In this document: in pieces, positions 29,464-40,316 of the stretch
Layout of the letters: the number at the start of each line of letters is the position of its first letter
How positions within the stretch are numbered: position 1 is the first letter of the stretch
DNA from: a plasmid
DNA length: 64,000 nt
Sequence record: NZ_CP018188.1
Strand: one strand, 5' to 3'
The notes under the pieces: generated by a model
Told to the model about the DNA's origin: nothing
The model's database searches: none
The model's input: the letters and a program-made list of their open reading frames with translations, nothing else
Made by a program: the position numbers and the translations under genes

Positions 29464-32400
29464 ATGCGAAAAATCTTGAAATTATTTTTTAATCGTTATT
29501 ATACGAATGGTAAGCGAACAATAGATATCTTACTTTATTGTTGGCGAAAATATATCGATTGGGTATATCATATATCTTTTGGATTATTTGCTTTCAATAT
29601 TATTATGTTTATCTTTAGATGGCGTTTGCCTAATTGGGTATTTATATCTTTATTTTTATTTTTGTTCGTTAATATGGCTTTAGTTTTATACATTGGGGTA
29701 TGGCACACTAATGTTACAAGTCGTCAAATTTTCGTGTTATTTGAAAAATACGACACCTTAAAACGAGCAGAACGAAAGAAGATTATTGGTAAGTATGCCA
29801 TAAGAGCAGCACTAGCAGCAGTACTTATATCTTCTGGATTATATGTACTAACAATCAATAATTTTATCTTATCCCTCATCAATCGTATGTATGATGTGGC
29901 AGATAATTATCTCAAATATATGCCTTGGTCAATACCAAATGGAAGTCAGACAGGTATTGTTTTAAGTTATCATACCCTCAAACCTTTAATAGGAGCGGAC
30001 TGGTTCAACAGTTTATTATTGTTGACTCCGATAGGAGCAATTGGTCTTATTTTTTATAATAGTTATGCCACTGGTATTGCTGAAAAAACCTATGAGAAGC
30101 TTGTTGAGCAATGGCTAGGTGGACGTTACTTCCAAGACAGTGTATTAAGTAATATCGTTCATAATCAAGATGAAAAAGGTCAAGCGAATTTGGTTATGGG
30201 GCGTAACTCTAAGACTGGAGAGCAAGTGATTTTACATGCTAATGAGAGGACTTATCACACTATTATCTTTGGTTTGATTGGTACTGGTAAATCGGCAACG
30301 ATTCTGATTCCAGCAATGCTACAGGATATGGAAAATATGAAATATTATCTCCTATCCTATCGTAAGTATTTGATGAAAATAGATGAAGAACTGGAAGAAG
30401 AATTCTTTAGCACAGAGTTTGAACGGAAGAAAAAAAGACGTGAATTGTTGGAACAGTGGTATAACAATGGTTATGCTGCAGAGCTTACAAATGGTATTTA
30501 CATGACCGAACCATCAGGTTCGATGTATGGCACAATTGTTAAGTACGCTCATAAAATGGGATTCCCTGATGAAATGATTTGGACTCTAGATCCTACTAAC
30601 CCAGGAACTGGTGCAATTAATATTTTAGATGGAGATACGACTCAGGTAAAAGGGGCGGTTCGAGACTTATTTAAACGATTTAGTGATCCAAGTGGGACTG
30701 GTTCTTCTTTCTTCCTTAATCAAGAAGGACAACTTACTGATAATATCATTACTGTCATTAAAGAGGTAGCGTTGATACCAGATGCACCAATAAACTATAT
30801 GTTAAAAGGTAAATCTCCAACCCTAACTGAATTCTCAAACATGTTACGTTCTAGCGATTGGATTGAAGCCTATATTGCCGTTTTTGAACAATTACTTAAT
30901 CGAAAGAAAAGGCTTTTTGAAGAAACGTTGAAAAAGCATGAAGAGTTCTTAGAGCAGGAAAAAGAAAAGTGGTTAGAGGAATCAGAGTACAATCGTGAAC
31001 ACGAACAACTCTTTGATACTATCCTTAGACCAGAGAAAGTTCATGAAGCTATTAACGCATTTAATGATGAAAGAAATAAACTTGAAAACCTCCAAAGCTC
31101 TTATGATTATTTCATCAATGCTCATCAATTAAATTCGTACACAGAGGAATATTATTATACCTTTGATGCTAACGTGTCTGGTCTAAAAGCAGTCATTGAT
31201 GACCTGTCATCTTCACCAGAAATTCGTCGTGTATTTTTCTCTCAAAGCACCAAAGATTTGGATATTGTTTTGAAAACGGGTGGGATGATTTTGGTCAATT
31301 CTGCAAAAGGTGTTCTTGGTAAAGAGAAGTCTCGAATGGTAGCACAGATGGTAACATTAGTTATGCAAAATGCTGCTCAAAGGCGTCTCCCAGATAAGTC
31401 ACCATTCTTTGCTTTTTATGAAGACGAAAAGAATGGTTATTTGATGCCAGGTAATGATAGTAACTTCCTTGATGAGTCTCGTAAGTTCCATGTTCCAGTT
31501 ATGCATGCTTATCAACATGACGAACAAATTAGGGACTCTATTGGCGAATCTGGAGCTGATGCAATCAAGATGTCTTATCGTAATGCCTTTACCTTCCAAC
31601 AAGCCTCAACAAAGGTTGTAGAGTTCATTAATCTCCGATCAGGAGGAAAACATTATGCTCTTAAAGAAACTAAACGTGCAGCAAATGATGACCTCTTAGC
31701 AGGGAATCGAGGTAACTCAAGTGCGACTTCAGAGGAAGTAGTAGAAGAAGATAACTTCACTGCTAGAGATGCAAATAACCTAGAGAAATTCCAACTTGCT
31801 GGTGTTATCGTCAGTGATGATGAAATCTCAAAAATGATTTATTTAACAAAATCTCCGCATTTTGAAATGGATATTTCAAAGGACTCTTTTGTCTCACATG
31901 CACCTTTCAATAAGGTATATGGGCTTGGAGAAGAAGAGCCGGAAATTGCAAAAGCCTATAAGTTGTGGAGAGCAGAAGTAATAGAATATTATGCCCAAAA
32001 AGAGTCTGAGAGCCACCTCTATGAAAGTGATTTTACTGAAGAAGAATGGCAAGCAATCATGGATGTCAAAGTGCCAAATGTTAATAGTAATGTAAATGAT
32101 ACGGTTGGCAAAAAGGATGATTCCCCATCAGTTAAAAGAACAATCCTAGTCAACGAAAGTATGACAGAACATAGAGAAAACACTTCAATTAGAGAAGAGG
32201 CAACAGAGGGTACTGAGCAAATAGAGGAGAACAATATCTCTGAAATCCCTACAGTTGTTGAAGAAAAACAAACTGTAAATAACAATAATGATATCGTTGA
32301 ATTGAAGGACGAAGAAATAACTCAAAGAGTGATCCTAGCTCCATCATCTACACCCGAAACAGTTGATACTCAAAATATTCAAGCACCTAATCAAGAGTTT

Positions 32401-32499
32401 GAATTACCTCAAGAGCTATCTCGTGTAGCACGTGAGAAAGCACCTAAAACTTTAAAAAGTAATGTAGAACAAATGGCTATTGATGAAGAAGGTTTTTAG
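29464..32499 (+). CDS. type IV secretion coupling protein (VirD4/TraG/TraD family, PcfC-like) with long acidic C-terminal tail
   Basis: N-terminal transmembrane helices, Walker A IIFGLIGTGKSATILIPAML, 1011 aa, Glu/Thr-rich C-terminus. Confidence 0.55.
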   Translation: MRKILKLFFNRYYTNGKRTIDILLYCWRKYIDWVYHISFGLFAFNIIMFIFRWRLPNWVFISLFLFLFVNMALVLYIGVWHTNVTSRQIFVLFEKYDTLKRAERKKIIGKYAIRAALAAVLISSGLYVLTINNFILSLINRMYDVADNYLKYMPWSIPNGSQTGIVLSYHTLKPLIGADWFNSLLLLTPIGAIGLIFYNSYATGIAEKTYEKLVEQWLGGRYFQDSVLSNIVHNQDEKGQANLVMGRNSKTGEQVILHANERTYHTIIFGLIGTGKSATILIPAMLQDMENMKYYLLSYRKYLMKIDEELEEEFFSTEFERKKKRRELLEQWYNNGYAAELTNGIYMTEPSGSMYGTIVKYAHKMGFPDEMIWTLDPTNPGTGAINILDGDTTQVKGAVRDLFKRFSDPSGTGSSFFLNQEGQLTDNIITVIKEVALIPDAPINYMLKGKSPTLTEFSNMLRSSDWIEAYIAVFEQLLNRKKRLFEETLKKHEEFLEQEKEKWLEESEYNREHEQLFDTILRPEKVHEAINAFNDERNKLENLQSSYDYFINAHQLNSYTEEYYYTFDANVSGLKAVIDDLSSSPEIRRVFFSQSTKDLDIVLKTGGMILVNSAKGVLGKEKSRMVAQMVTLVMQNAAQRRLPDKSPFFAFYEDEKNGYLMPGNDSNFLDESRKFHVPVMHAYQHDEQIRDSIGESGADAIKMSYRNAFTFQQASTKVVEFINLRSGGKHYALKETKRAANDDLLAGNRGNSSATSEEVVEEDNFTARDANNLEKFQLAGVIVSDDEISKMIYLTKSPHFEMDISKDSFVSHAPFNKVYGLGEEEPEIAKAYKLWRAEVIEYYAQKESESHLYESDFTEEEWQAIMDVKVPNVNSNVNDTVGKKDDSPSVKRTILVNESMTEHRENTSIREEATEGTEQIEENNISEIPTVVEEKQTVNNNNDIVELKDEEITQRVILAPSSTPETVDTQNIQAPNQEFELPQELSRVAREKAPKTLKSNVEQMAIDEEGF

Positions 32500-32506
32500 A
32501 TAACGT

Positions 32507-32535
32507 AAAAAGCAACGGATTTCCGTTGCTTTTGT
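32507..32535. terminator. bidirectional rho-independent terminator
   Basis: AAAAGCAACGGATTTCCGTTGCTTTTGTT between convergent genes. Confidence 0.6.
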
Positions 32536-32536
32536 T

Positions 32537-32845
32537 CTAATTTTGAGAGTCATTATATGTTTCTTTGTTAGTCTTCTGAGCCTCCTTTCTTGCTTTTTCT
32601 TCTGCTTTTTTACTCTTAATTTCTTTCTTTACCCCTTTAACCTTATTTTGTGTTTCAACAACTAAATCATCAATAGATAAATCTGGATTTTCTAGTTTTT
32701 TCAATTCGAAATAGAGCTGACCTAGTTTATCAGTTTGTGATTTTTGATAGGCTTTAAGTTGCTCTGTAGCTTCTCTTTTTTGTTGTTCTAACGCTTCAAG
32801 TTCCTTAATAAAATCTGATTCAGTTTTTTTGTTTTTTCCTGCCAT
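32537..32845 (-). CDS. coiled-coil Lys/Glu-rich protein (hypothetical)
   Basis: Start MAGKNKK follows GAGGAG (the upstream in-frame ATG at 32863 lacks a ribosome-binding site). Confidence 0.4.
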   Translation of the reverse strand: MAGKNKKTESDFIKELEALEQQKREATEQLKAYQKSQTDKLGQLYFELKKLENPDLSIDDLVVETQNKVKGVKKEIKSKKAEEKARKEAQKTNKETYNDSQN

Positions 32846-33384
32846 AATTTGCTCCTCATTCATTAGTTATATCTAATAGTATAGAGTGAAAACATTAAAA
32901 GTCAACCCATGTCACTCCCTTGAAAATAATCTATTCTTGGGTATACTGAACACTATAGCGACCTATTATAAATGAATCCTAGTTGTAGCCTTTAAGTGCT
33001 TAAAACCCCATAAAACTGGTTGTTGTAAGTATTATGTCATACCCAGATTTTATGAATGAAAGTATACAGTGAACAATAGTCTAAGAGTTTACTGTATTTA
33101 TAGGGATGATGACTAATATTAGAAACACGTAAAGTATAAATGAGTAAATGTCGAGTATTACATAGCTAGAATAAACTATGTTTTAGAGGGTTATCGTTAT
33201 AACAGCATACTACGATTATATGAATGAGAGGAGATGAAAGTATCAATCAGCATTTTACGGGTATAAGAGAATACTTGTGTAGGGCAATAGTAAAGGCATA
33301 ACACGACTTTAAAAGTAATAGCTGCACTCTTCGAAAAAAGACTAGACTATATACCCTATTGATTGACTATTTTAGAACTACAAA

Positions 33385-34653
33385 ATGCAAGATATAAAAA
33401 ATAGAGATTTTACCTCACTTATTTCAAATAAAAAAAATAAAATTCATTACACTCAGAGAAATAAAATAGCTACTTATTTTGTTTCCAAAAATCAAAATAT
33501 CTCACTGTCATTTTCAGAAGAGGAGCTTATCATCTTTTATCATTTACTAAGGTTTGGTTATTTTGATAAGGAAATAGTAGACCTCATTTATACAGCAGTA
33601 ACCCGAAAATTCAAAACGCCTAATTCATGGTTTTATCGTCTTGTTGGAAAGGTTAATCATCCTATTTCAGCATGTTCGGATGCTAGAAGCGGTAAGAGAA
33701 AGCTGTATTATCTGAACAAAGGTTTTAGTACCTGGTTGCTTACTATGATTAAGGGGATTGAGAAAATTCGGTTGCTAACGACAACGACAGAATATGATAG
33801 GTCAGTATATAGCATTGTCACTAATAATCTATTAGGAGGGAAACCTCAAACCGTAAATATTCATGATCTAGAGACCAGACGATTAGTTGCTAAAATCTTA
33901 AACAAGCTTTTTGTAAAAAATAAAGACAAGTCAGTTTATGACCTAAACATCCAAGTCGTATTTCCGATTAGTCGTGTTAACCTTCTAATGGTTCCTGATG
34001 CTGTCATCTTCGTAAACGATAACCCTTTTTTTATTGAGTATGACCGAGCAACAGAACGCCAAACAATTCTACTTTCTAAAATATTTGGTTACGCAGAAGA
34101 ACCAGCATTCGAAAATTCTAGTTTATTTTTCGTTTTCGAGAGTAGTCGTAAAGATAATACGCAAGTATCTAAACGTTTAATGAACTTTTTGGAATATGTA
34201 AATGAGGTCGAGGTTGAAGGTGTGACTGGATATGACATGTTAAAGCTTAAAAATATTTCTTTATTCAGTCAAACAACAACAAATGCTTCTGACGTTATTG
34301 TCGAAATCATTCAAGAAAAGATGTTTTCAAATCATAAAGATTGGTGTGATTGCGAGGCTTATGATTTTTCTGAACTACATAAAATAGATTATCTTGTAAA
34401 GGAGATATCAGAACCTTTAGATGATGATAAATTCCAGTTATCAGCTATTGTTGAAACAGACTCCTGGGAATTGAAAGAGTACCCTATGATACCTATGGCA
34501 TATATCAAAAGTGACTTGATTCCACATTTAACTAGTCTATATGAAGAATTCTCAATAGAGTATGAACATATGATCATTGTATTCCCAAAAGAAGTCTTGC
34601 CAGAAAAAATCAAACTCCCTTTTGATGATTATTTCTTTATTGTTTATAGATAG
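33385..34653 (+). CDS. replication-relaxation (Replic_Relax)-like protein, putative
   Basis: 422 aa. Central FFIEYDRATE motif (E-x-D-R-x-T-E) is reminiscent of the Replic_Relax/PD-(D/E)xK-like family. Weak assignment. Confidence 0.3.
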   Translation: MQDIKNRDFTSLISNKKNKIHYTQRNKIATYFVSKNQNISLSFSEEELIIFYHLLRFGYFDKEIVDLIYTAVTRKFKTPNSWFYRLVGKVNHPISACSDARSGKRKLYYLNKGFSTWLLTMIKGIEKIRLLTTTTEYDRSVYSIVTNNLLGGKPQTVNIHDLETRRLVAKILNKLFVKNKDKSVYDLNIQVVFPISRVNLLMVPDAVIFVNDNPFFIEYDRATERQTILLSKIFGYAEEPAFENSSLFFVFESSRKDNTQVSKRLMNFLEYVNEVEVEGVTGYDMLKLKNISLFSQTTTNASDVIVEIIQEKMFSNHKDWCDCEAYDFSELHKIDYLVKEISEPLDDDKFQLSAIVETDSWELKEYPMIPMAYIKSDLIPHLTSLYEEFSIEYEHMIIVFPKEVLPEKIKLPFDDYFFIVYR

Positions 34654-34670
34654 AGTAAAGGAGTTTGTGA

Positions 34671-35033
34671 ATGGATTATTTGGAATACTTAGGAAGAAGA
34701 CTTGTATGGTTAGTTGTTTCGCTTGTAGTTGTAATCGTAGTAAAAAGACCAAGACTTTTGAAAGGATTGGCCCTAGTAAGTGATGAAGTTATCGGTAAAA
34801 TCAACTACTTTATTTTCTTAACGATTGCTTGGCTAGTTCTTGTTACATATTTTATTTTGTACTTGTTTACGGTAGTTACTTTTTTCCTATCATGGCATTC
34901 GCTAACCGTGAATAATGTGCTGGAAATGATTTTACAAACCGTATTAATCATCCCAACACTCTATACGTTATTTGTTCCGCACAACGAGGTTATCAAGAAG
35001 GTTGATGACTTCTTATCAGCGAAAAAAGAATAA
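34671..35033 (+). CDS. membrane protein (hypothetical)
   Basis: Three transmembrane segments. Confidence 0.4.
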   Translation: MDYLEYLGRRLVWLVVSLVVVIVVKRPRLLKGLALVSDEVIGKINYFIFLTIAWLVLVTYFILYLFTVVTFFLSWHSLTVNNVLEMILQTVLIIPTLYTLFVPHNEVIKKVDDFLSAKKE

Positions 35034-35173
35034 GTCACGCGTAGCAACTGCAACATATAATCATTATCTCAACTATTTAAAAATATGTAAGAAAGTCACA
35101 TGATTGTTTGAATTTGTTGTAAGTATCAGGTGTTGTTTTAAAGATAAAAAAGATTGAAAGGTAACGGTAATTA

Positions 35174-35971
35174 ATGAAAATAAAAATTGAATCTGCTTGG
35201 AAAACCCTTTGTGATGCATTCCCCAAGTTAAAGGATAATCCTCTTTACAAGGGTTGGTATATTAGCTATGCGATCCTTGTGACGTTATCTATTTTGACGG
35301 TGGTTGTAGTGAACCATAGGGTTGTCTATGCATTTCCGTTTGATTGGTTTGGTTTGCTTTTTGGAATTATCTTACCTTGGGTTCTTACGACCTTTTATAT
35401 CGTATATCAAGGTGTGGACCATGCCCACCAGTTTACATCGACTAAAGTTGTTCTTGGGTTATTTATGTTACCTGTAATTCTGATTGGTTTTACCTCTAGT
35501 TATAAGAATGAATACAGTTATAGTAATCGTATGGTTACGACGGTTTTTGATCAGGAACTCACGCAACAAAGTTTCCACGCAACAAAGATTACATCAAACC
35601 AGCTTGATTATTTTAAAGAAGATAATATCATTTTTCCTTATAAGAAGAATACAGATTCAGAGATATATGTGTTCTTTCGACCTGATTGCCCTTACTGTCA
35701 AAAATCAATTCCAGTACTCAATAAGAGCTTAACTGAAAAAGAACGAAACAAGATTATCTATGTTAATGTTCTTGACGAAAGTGGTAAGGATTTAGCTAAA
35801 GCTATGGGAGTAGAGAAAGCAGCAACAGCAGTTATCTATCATAAGGATATGACTTCTGGTGGATGGTCCAAACGAATTGAACGAATGGCAGGAGGGAAAC
35901 ATGAAGCACCTCGTCTTGATGAGGATGCTATCCATGATATTGTGTCAGTTGCAAAGGAGGAAACAAAATAA
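35174..35971 (+). CDS. membrane-anchored thioredoxin-fold thiol-disulfide oxidoreductase (CPYC motif)
   Basis: N-terminal transmembrane helices. VFFRPDCPYCQKSIP active-site motif. Confidence 0.5.
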   Translation: MKIKIESAWKTLCDAFPKLKDNPLYKGWYISYAILVTLSILTVVVVNHRVVYAFPFDWFGLLFGIILPWVLTTFYIVYQGVDHAHQFTSTKVVLGLFMLPVILIGFTSSYKNEYSYSNRMVTTVFDQELTQQSFHATKITSNQLDYFKEDNIIFPYKKNTDSEIYVFFRPDCPYCQKSIPVLNKSLTEKERNKIIYVNVLDESGKDLAKAMGVEKAATAVIYHKDMTSGGWSKRIERMAGGKHEAPRLDEDAIHDIVSVAKEETK

Positions 35972-36603
35972 TGTATTTATCAAAAAAAGATATTTCAGAA
36001 TGGATTGCTAGCCTAAAAGTAGGTGACGAGGTTGCTATCCAAATAACACGAATGGATGGTGTCATAGTTTCTAGTGAGCGTGGCATTGTCGACAAGTGGT
36101 TAGGAAAGAGACTTATAGTTGTTAACGGAAAGCATTTTGTTCCTAGCACTGGTTTGAGACAAAGTAATGCTTTTGTCCCTGGTCAAAAAACAATCGTGGA
36201 ACAACTTTTTCCATTGGATGCTTTGCTTTTAGATGAGGAAGAACTTGCCAAAAGAGACACCATTATTCAAAAGTTGAAAGAGTCTGCAGAACTTCTAGAG
36301 CACGCGCAGACTTATTCTTCATTAGTCGTTTCTAGGGTTCTTCGTAAGCTATCAGTCCTAGACGTTGGTGATGTATATGATCTAAATGAACTACGTTCCT
36401 CTAGTAACACAGAAGACTTAGAAGATAGTGCTTTATTGGATAGACGGAAACTCTCAGAGAAGAAACGTTGTCTAAAGACTCTGGATCGTATGCTTGCCAA
36501 TTTAAGTCAAGATAATACCTTGGGTGCTTTTAAGTTAATCTCTCTTTTGGGAGATGTAGCTTCTGAATTTACTGATGCTGAAAATGAGGTAAGTGAATGT
36601 TAG
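35971..36603 (+). CDS. hypothetical protein
   Basis: Start overlaps the upstream stop (ATAATG). No motifs. Confidence 0.4.
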   Translation: MYLSKKDISEWIASLKVGDEVAIQITRMDGVIVSSERGIVDKWLGKRLIVVNGKHFVPSTGLRQSNAFVPGQKTIVEQLFPLDALLLDEEELAKRDTIIQKLKESAELLEHAQTYSSLVVSRVLRKLSVLDVGDVYDLNELRSSSNTEDLEDSALLDRRKLSEKKRCLKTLDRMLANLSQDNTLGAFKLISLLGDVASEFTDAENEVSEC

Positions 36604-37289
36604 CCTATGTTATTATGTTTGTAGTTATGTTTGCCATCAAGTGTGTTACTCTTACCTTTGTGAAGAATAAAGAGTCTACAGTAGTCAGTACTTTTCTGAG
36701 TGGCACGAATCAGATTTTTCTTAATACGATTGTCTGGTTTTTACGACTAACAGCCATGTTCCAGTTTTATCTTTTGGTGGTAGACAATAACCTAACTGTT
36801 ACCCCTATAATTGTTGGTTTCATTCTACCTAATGTCTTGTTCTTGTTTAAGGGAATCAAAGCTTCTTTATCGGATTTGCTTGTACGTTGGTTAAAATCAT
36901 TTATTGGTCATAAGTATAGAACATGCCCATTTTGTCATGAATCACATTTATTCTTTCGATACACAGAAGACCGCACAGCTGCTTATTACTATCTCTTGAC
37001 AGAAGAAGATAGTCTTGTGGCCATTGGAGATTTTGATAATAGTGATCATCCTGCACGTTTCTTTTTAAGTAACGATGAATCACATTTTGATGAGCTGGTT
37101 GATACCATGCTACCTTATATGTTGCCTGGAATGGAAGAGGTGGTCTATGTAGGTGGGCGACAACAGCGATTGGCTAGAGAATTGTATTGTGTCGATTGCC
37201 AGGAACGAGTCAGTGAAGATAGTGGGGTACAATTTGGTGAAGTACTTTTAAGTGAGCATAGGCATGAAGATCATAAAGCTCTTGTTTAA
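36597..37289 (+). CDS. membrane protein with C-terminal Cys-rich (CPFCHE...CVDCQE) zinc-ribbon-like region
   Basis: ORF with N-terminal transmembrane helices and two CxxC pairs. Confidence 0.4.
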   Translation: MLAYVIMFVVMFAIKCVTLTFVKNKESTVVSTFLSGTNQIFLNTIVWFLRLTAMFQFYLLVVDNNLTVTPIIVGFILPNVLFLFKGIKASLSDLLVRWLKSFIGHKYRTCPFCHESHLFFRYTEDRTAAYYYLLTEEDSLVAIGDFDNSDHPARFFLSNDESHFDELVDTMLPYMLPGMEEVVYVGGRQQRLARELYCVDCQERVSEDSGVQFGEVLLSEHRHEDHKALV

Positions 37290-37573
37290 TTTATTACCAA
37301 TACTGTACTCTAGCTATGCTGTGTTCGAAATTACTAAAAAAGAACTTAAATGCGTAGCTCCTGCAAGGTACACTAATTTTCCTACATTTCATGCAAGTTT
37401 TTTAGTTAGTGACTAAAAGTGAGAATGTATATTATCGACAAATTTTGGGGGAAATGAACGTATATTTTATTGACAAAAACTTTGACAAAATGTATATTAA
37501 AATTATATATTCAATTTAATATTTACTTGTTAAAATAAGAAAGTCCCTAATTGTATTGAGGAGAGGAGAAAAA

Positions 37574-37741
37574 ATGAATCTTTGGTTAATATTAATTTTA
37601 CTTGGTGTGGTTGCTGTTATTGGGGGTGGTGTGGCCGCTGCTATTGGCTTTGGAAGACATCAAAAACGTGCTAATGAAAGAGCTATTAGAGAGGCCCTAG
37701 AATTAGCAACTAAAGATAGAACTCAAAGAGAACAAGAATAA
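37574..37741 (+). CDS. small membrane protein (55 aa)
   Basis: Ribosome-binding site GAGGAGAGGAGAAAAAATG. MNLWLILILLGVVAVIGGGVAAAIGFGRHQKR... A tandem TTGACA-containing promoter region lies upstream (37440-37540). Confidence 0.4.
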   Translation: MNLWLILILLGVVAVIGGGVAAAIGFGRHQKRANERAIREALELATKDRTQREQE

Positions 37742-37756
37742 GAACGAATACATGTA

Positions 37757-37783
37757 AACACTAGCTATGCTGGTGTTTTTTTA
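37757..37783 (+). terminator. rho-independent terminator
   Basis: AACACTAGCTATGCTGGTGTTTTTTT. Confidence 0.5.
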
Positions 37784-37909
37784 TACCAGTTTAAGTATCA
37801 AGAAATTTCAAGGAATAAAGATTTTTACGAAATTTTTGCATCTTTTTCAGAGAAATGGATTAGCACGCGCGTGAGAAGTGTCTATTGTAACTTTCAAACA
37901 CAAAAAAAA

Positions 37910-37931
37910 CTAGGGCCATCGCCCTAGTTTT
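37910..37931. terminator. bidirectional hairpin terminator (CTAGGGCCATCGCCCTAG)
   Basis: Perfect 7-bp GC-rich stem flanked by A8 and T4. Confidence 0.45.
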
Positions 37932-38373
37932 AAAGGAGGTTTGTTCACATCTGGGTTTGTAGGAGATTATGATGTGAACTGGATTAGGAGTCTCTATTTC
38001 TATTAGGAGGATTAGAGACTGAACTGAAAGTATTAATTTTCGAGTGTAGTTTCATCGAACTACAAGAAAATTATATCAGTTTATGAGAATGGATACAATG
38101 GAGTTAAGGGGTGTCACACCCCCTATTATTAGAGAATAACTGACTTAAGGTGTAGTGGTATGTTTTATTGTGTGCTATCCTATAATTAGGCTAATAAATA
38201 ATATGACTAACGAAGGAAAAATGATTATGGTTAGAAGTAAAGAACATGCTTTAGATAGAGACAGAGAATTAATGATTATTCCCAAAGTTATCAATTTTTC
38301 AAGTGAAGACGGTCATGAGTAAAAATTTTTACTGGCAGTAGACGCTTGTAATAGATTTGCTACGGCAATCGAT

Positions 38374-38961
38374 ATGAGTAATAGAACGTCACTAGAAGTG
38401 CTAGAACATAGTTACTTGATTGATATTAATGAGTATCCAAATGCGATTGATAAAGTAATTAAGAAGTCACTTATTTTAAAGGAAGCTATGCAATTGTTTC
38501 CAAAGTTGGTAACAGTTTATGAATTTGTAAATAATAGAGCCCTATCTTATGGCTGGAGGTTTGGTTTTCAGAACCAAAAATTTGCAACCTCAGAGATAAA
38601 TTTGGAATTAGTGGGACGTATAAATAAAGAACTAGCTTTACGAAAATCATACCTTAAACGTTTCATATCAAATAGAGAAATTGAGGAAGTAGTGTTTCTT
38701 CAAGATCTTAGAGAGGGCTTAATTGGGGGAACGATTTCTGAAGGAGTTGACCAATTAGGCTTTTATCCATTAGAACCTATTACTTTTGAAGAAGAAATTC
38801 CATTTTATTGGCCAAGATTTATATTATTTGGTCAAAGAGTTCGAAGACTTAAGGCTTATGGTTATCCTCTGATTGAGAATGAGACGACAAACACTTACTT
38901 AGATTTTGTTACTGAAGTACTATCAGTTTATGATGAGGCTACAGGCTCAGACCTTATATAA
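38374..38961 (+). CDS. hypothetical protein (195 aa)
   Basis: ORF only. Confidence 0.4.
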   Translation: MSNRTSLEVLEHSYLIDINEYPNAIDKVIKKSLILKEAMQLFPKLVTVYEFVNNRALSYGWRFGFQNQKFATSEINLELVGRINKELALRKSYLKRFISNREIEEVVFLQDLREGLIGGTISEGVDQLGFYPLEPITFEEEIPFYWPRFILFGQRVRRLKAYGYPLIENETTNTYLDFVTEVLSVYDEATGSDLI

Positions 38962-39116
38962 AAGATTTAAAGGGTTTTATTTTTATAGTGAACCTTCCAT
39001 TGTAGAGTGCTATAATATCAATCGAAGAGAATTGTCTTAATGACATAAAGTATCTAACAGCAATACCTCATTATTTTTCTTCACTTTAGTCTTTTGTTAT
39101 TTAAAGAGGTAGAAAT

Positions 39117-40010
39117 ATGAATTTTGTAGCTAGAATTAACTTGAAAACTGACACACCTTATCGTGAAGAATTAATCGATTTTTGTTTAAAAGGAAAACAA
39201 CAGTATTTGGCTATTGGTTGGAGCCGAATATATGGTGAGGGAGAAGCATTAACTTATTCTGAATTTTATGAACGACTTCGTCAAGAGCCTGGTCGATTAA
39301 ATACTGTGTTGAATATCTTTAAGGATACACATGAAGATAATTTGTTTTGGACACGTGATTTAGATGGTAATTATTGGATATGTAGAGCTAAAGGAGAGGT
39401 GCTTACAAGGTGTGACAAAAGATTAGACATAGGAGCACTTTTACCGATAGATGCTTATAAATTCGGTATGCAAGTGCCAGGACAAATCAAGGCAGCATTT
39501 AACAGAGCTAATGCTGGAACGGCTCAAAAAATTTATGATGCTATTATAGTTGAGTACTCAAAAGCAATTTATAATAAACTATCTCAAACGAATCACTACG
39601 ACGTTGCTCGATTAGAAGGTAGTTTATTGGACAACCTGCCTGATTTTGATTTGGAAGAGCTAGTGATTTCCTATATACAGGTAAAACAAGACTATTATGT
39701 TCTTTCGAATTCTATTGCAAGTAAATCGACGACTATAAAAGTCGAATGCGAGTTTTTATCTAGAGATCCTAAACGGGTGAGAAAGGCAGTTGTTCAAGTA
39801 AAAGGTAGAAAAGCAGAAGCACTTGATGCATTACAATTTACTGATTTTACCCAGAATGGTTATGAAGTGTTCCTCTTTGCACCAGAAGTATTGAATGCTG
39901 ATAAGGTGGATAATATTGTCGTTATTACGCCAAATGAATTAATTGACTTTTACGAGAATTACAAAGTAATACTTCCAGACTCAATCACGCAGTGGGAGAA
40001 TTTATACTAA
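39117..40010 (+). CDS. hypothetical protein (297 aa), possible PD-(D/E)xK-like motif (VECEF...VQVKGRK)
   Basis: ORF with ribosome-binding site AGAGGTAGAAATATG. The motif assignment is speculative. Confidence 0.4.
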   Translation: MNFVARINLKTDTPYREELIDFCLKGKQQYLAIGWSRIYGEGEALTYSEFYERLRQEPGRLNTVLNIFKDTHEDNLFWTRDLDGNYWICRAKGEVLTRCDKRLDIGALLPIDAYKFGMQVPGQIKAAFNRANAGTAQKIYDAIIVEYSKAIYNKLSQTNHYDVARLEGSLLDNLPDFDLEELVISYIQVKQDYYVLSNSIASKSTTIKVECEFLSRDPKRVRKAVVQVKGRKAEALDALQFTDFTQNGYEVFLFAPEVLNADKVDNIVVITPNELIDFYENYKVILPDSITQWENLY

Positions 40011-40153
40011 TTTTACTATTTGTAAATCATCAATTATGAGTAATACTTGAACTCATTTTCTTTGACACATATGGCACTATTAGGTACTTGATGTTAGTAT
40101 GATTTGATAGACATGTTCTGGAAGAATAATATCTAACCAAAGGAGATGTCTAA

Positions 40154-40255
40154 ATGTCACAAAAATACACTAAATAATTCAAAGAAACTATTGCTCAATT
40201 GCATGAGTCAGGAAATTCAGTCTCAGAGCTTGTTAAGGATGGGATTGAATAATAG
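40154..40255 (+). pseudogene. remnant of IS3-family transposase orfA N-terminus
   Basis: MSQKYTK* then, shifted by one frame, FKETIAQLHESGNSVSELVKDGIE**. This matches the conserved N-terminus of IS3-family OrfA (MS.KYT.EFKE..V.LY..G.SV.EL....G.). Confidence 0.4.
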
Positions 40256-40316
40256 CAAGCTCTTTCCTAGGGACGAAGCAACTTGTCTCTAATGATTTAC
40301 AAGGTAAGGAGAACAA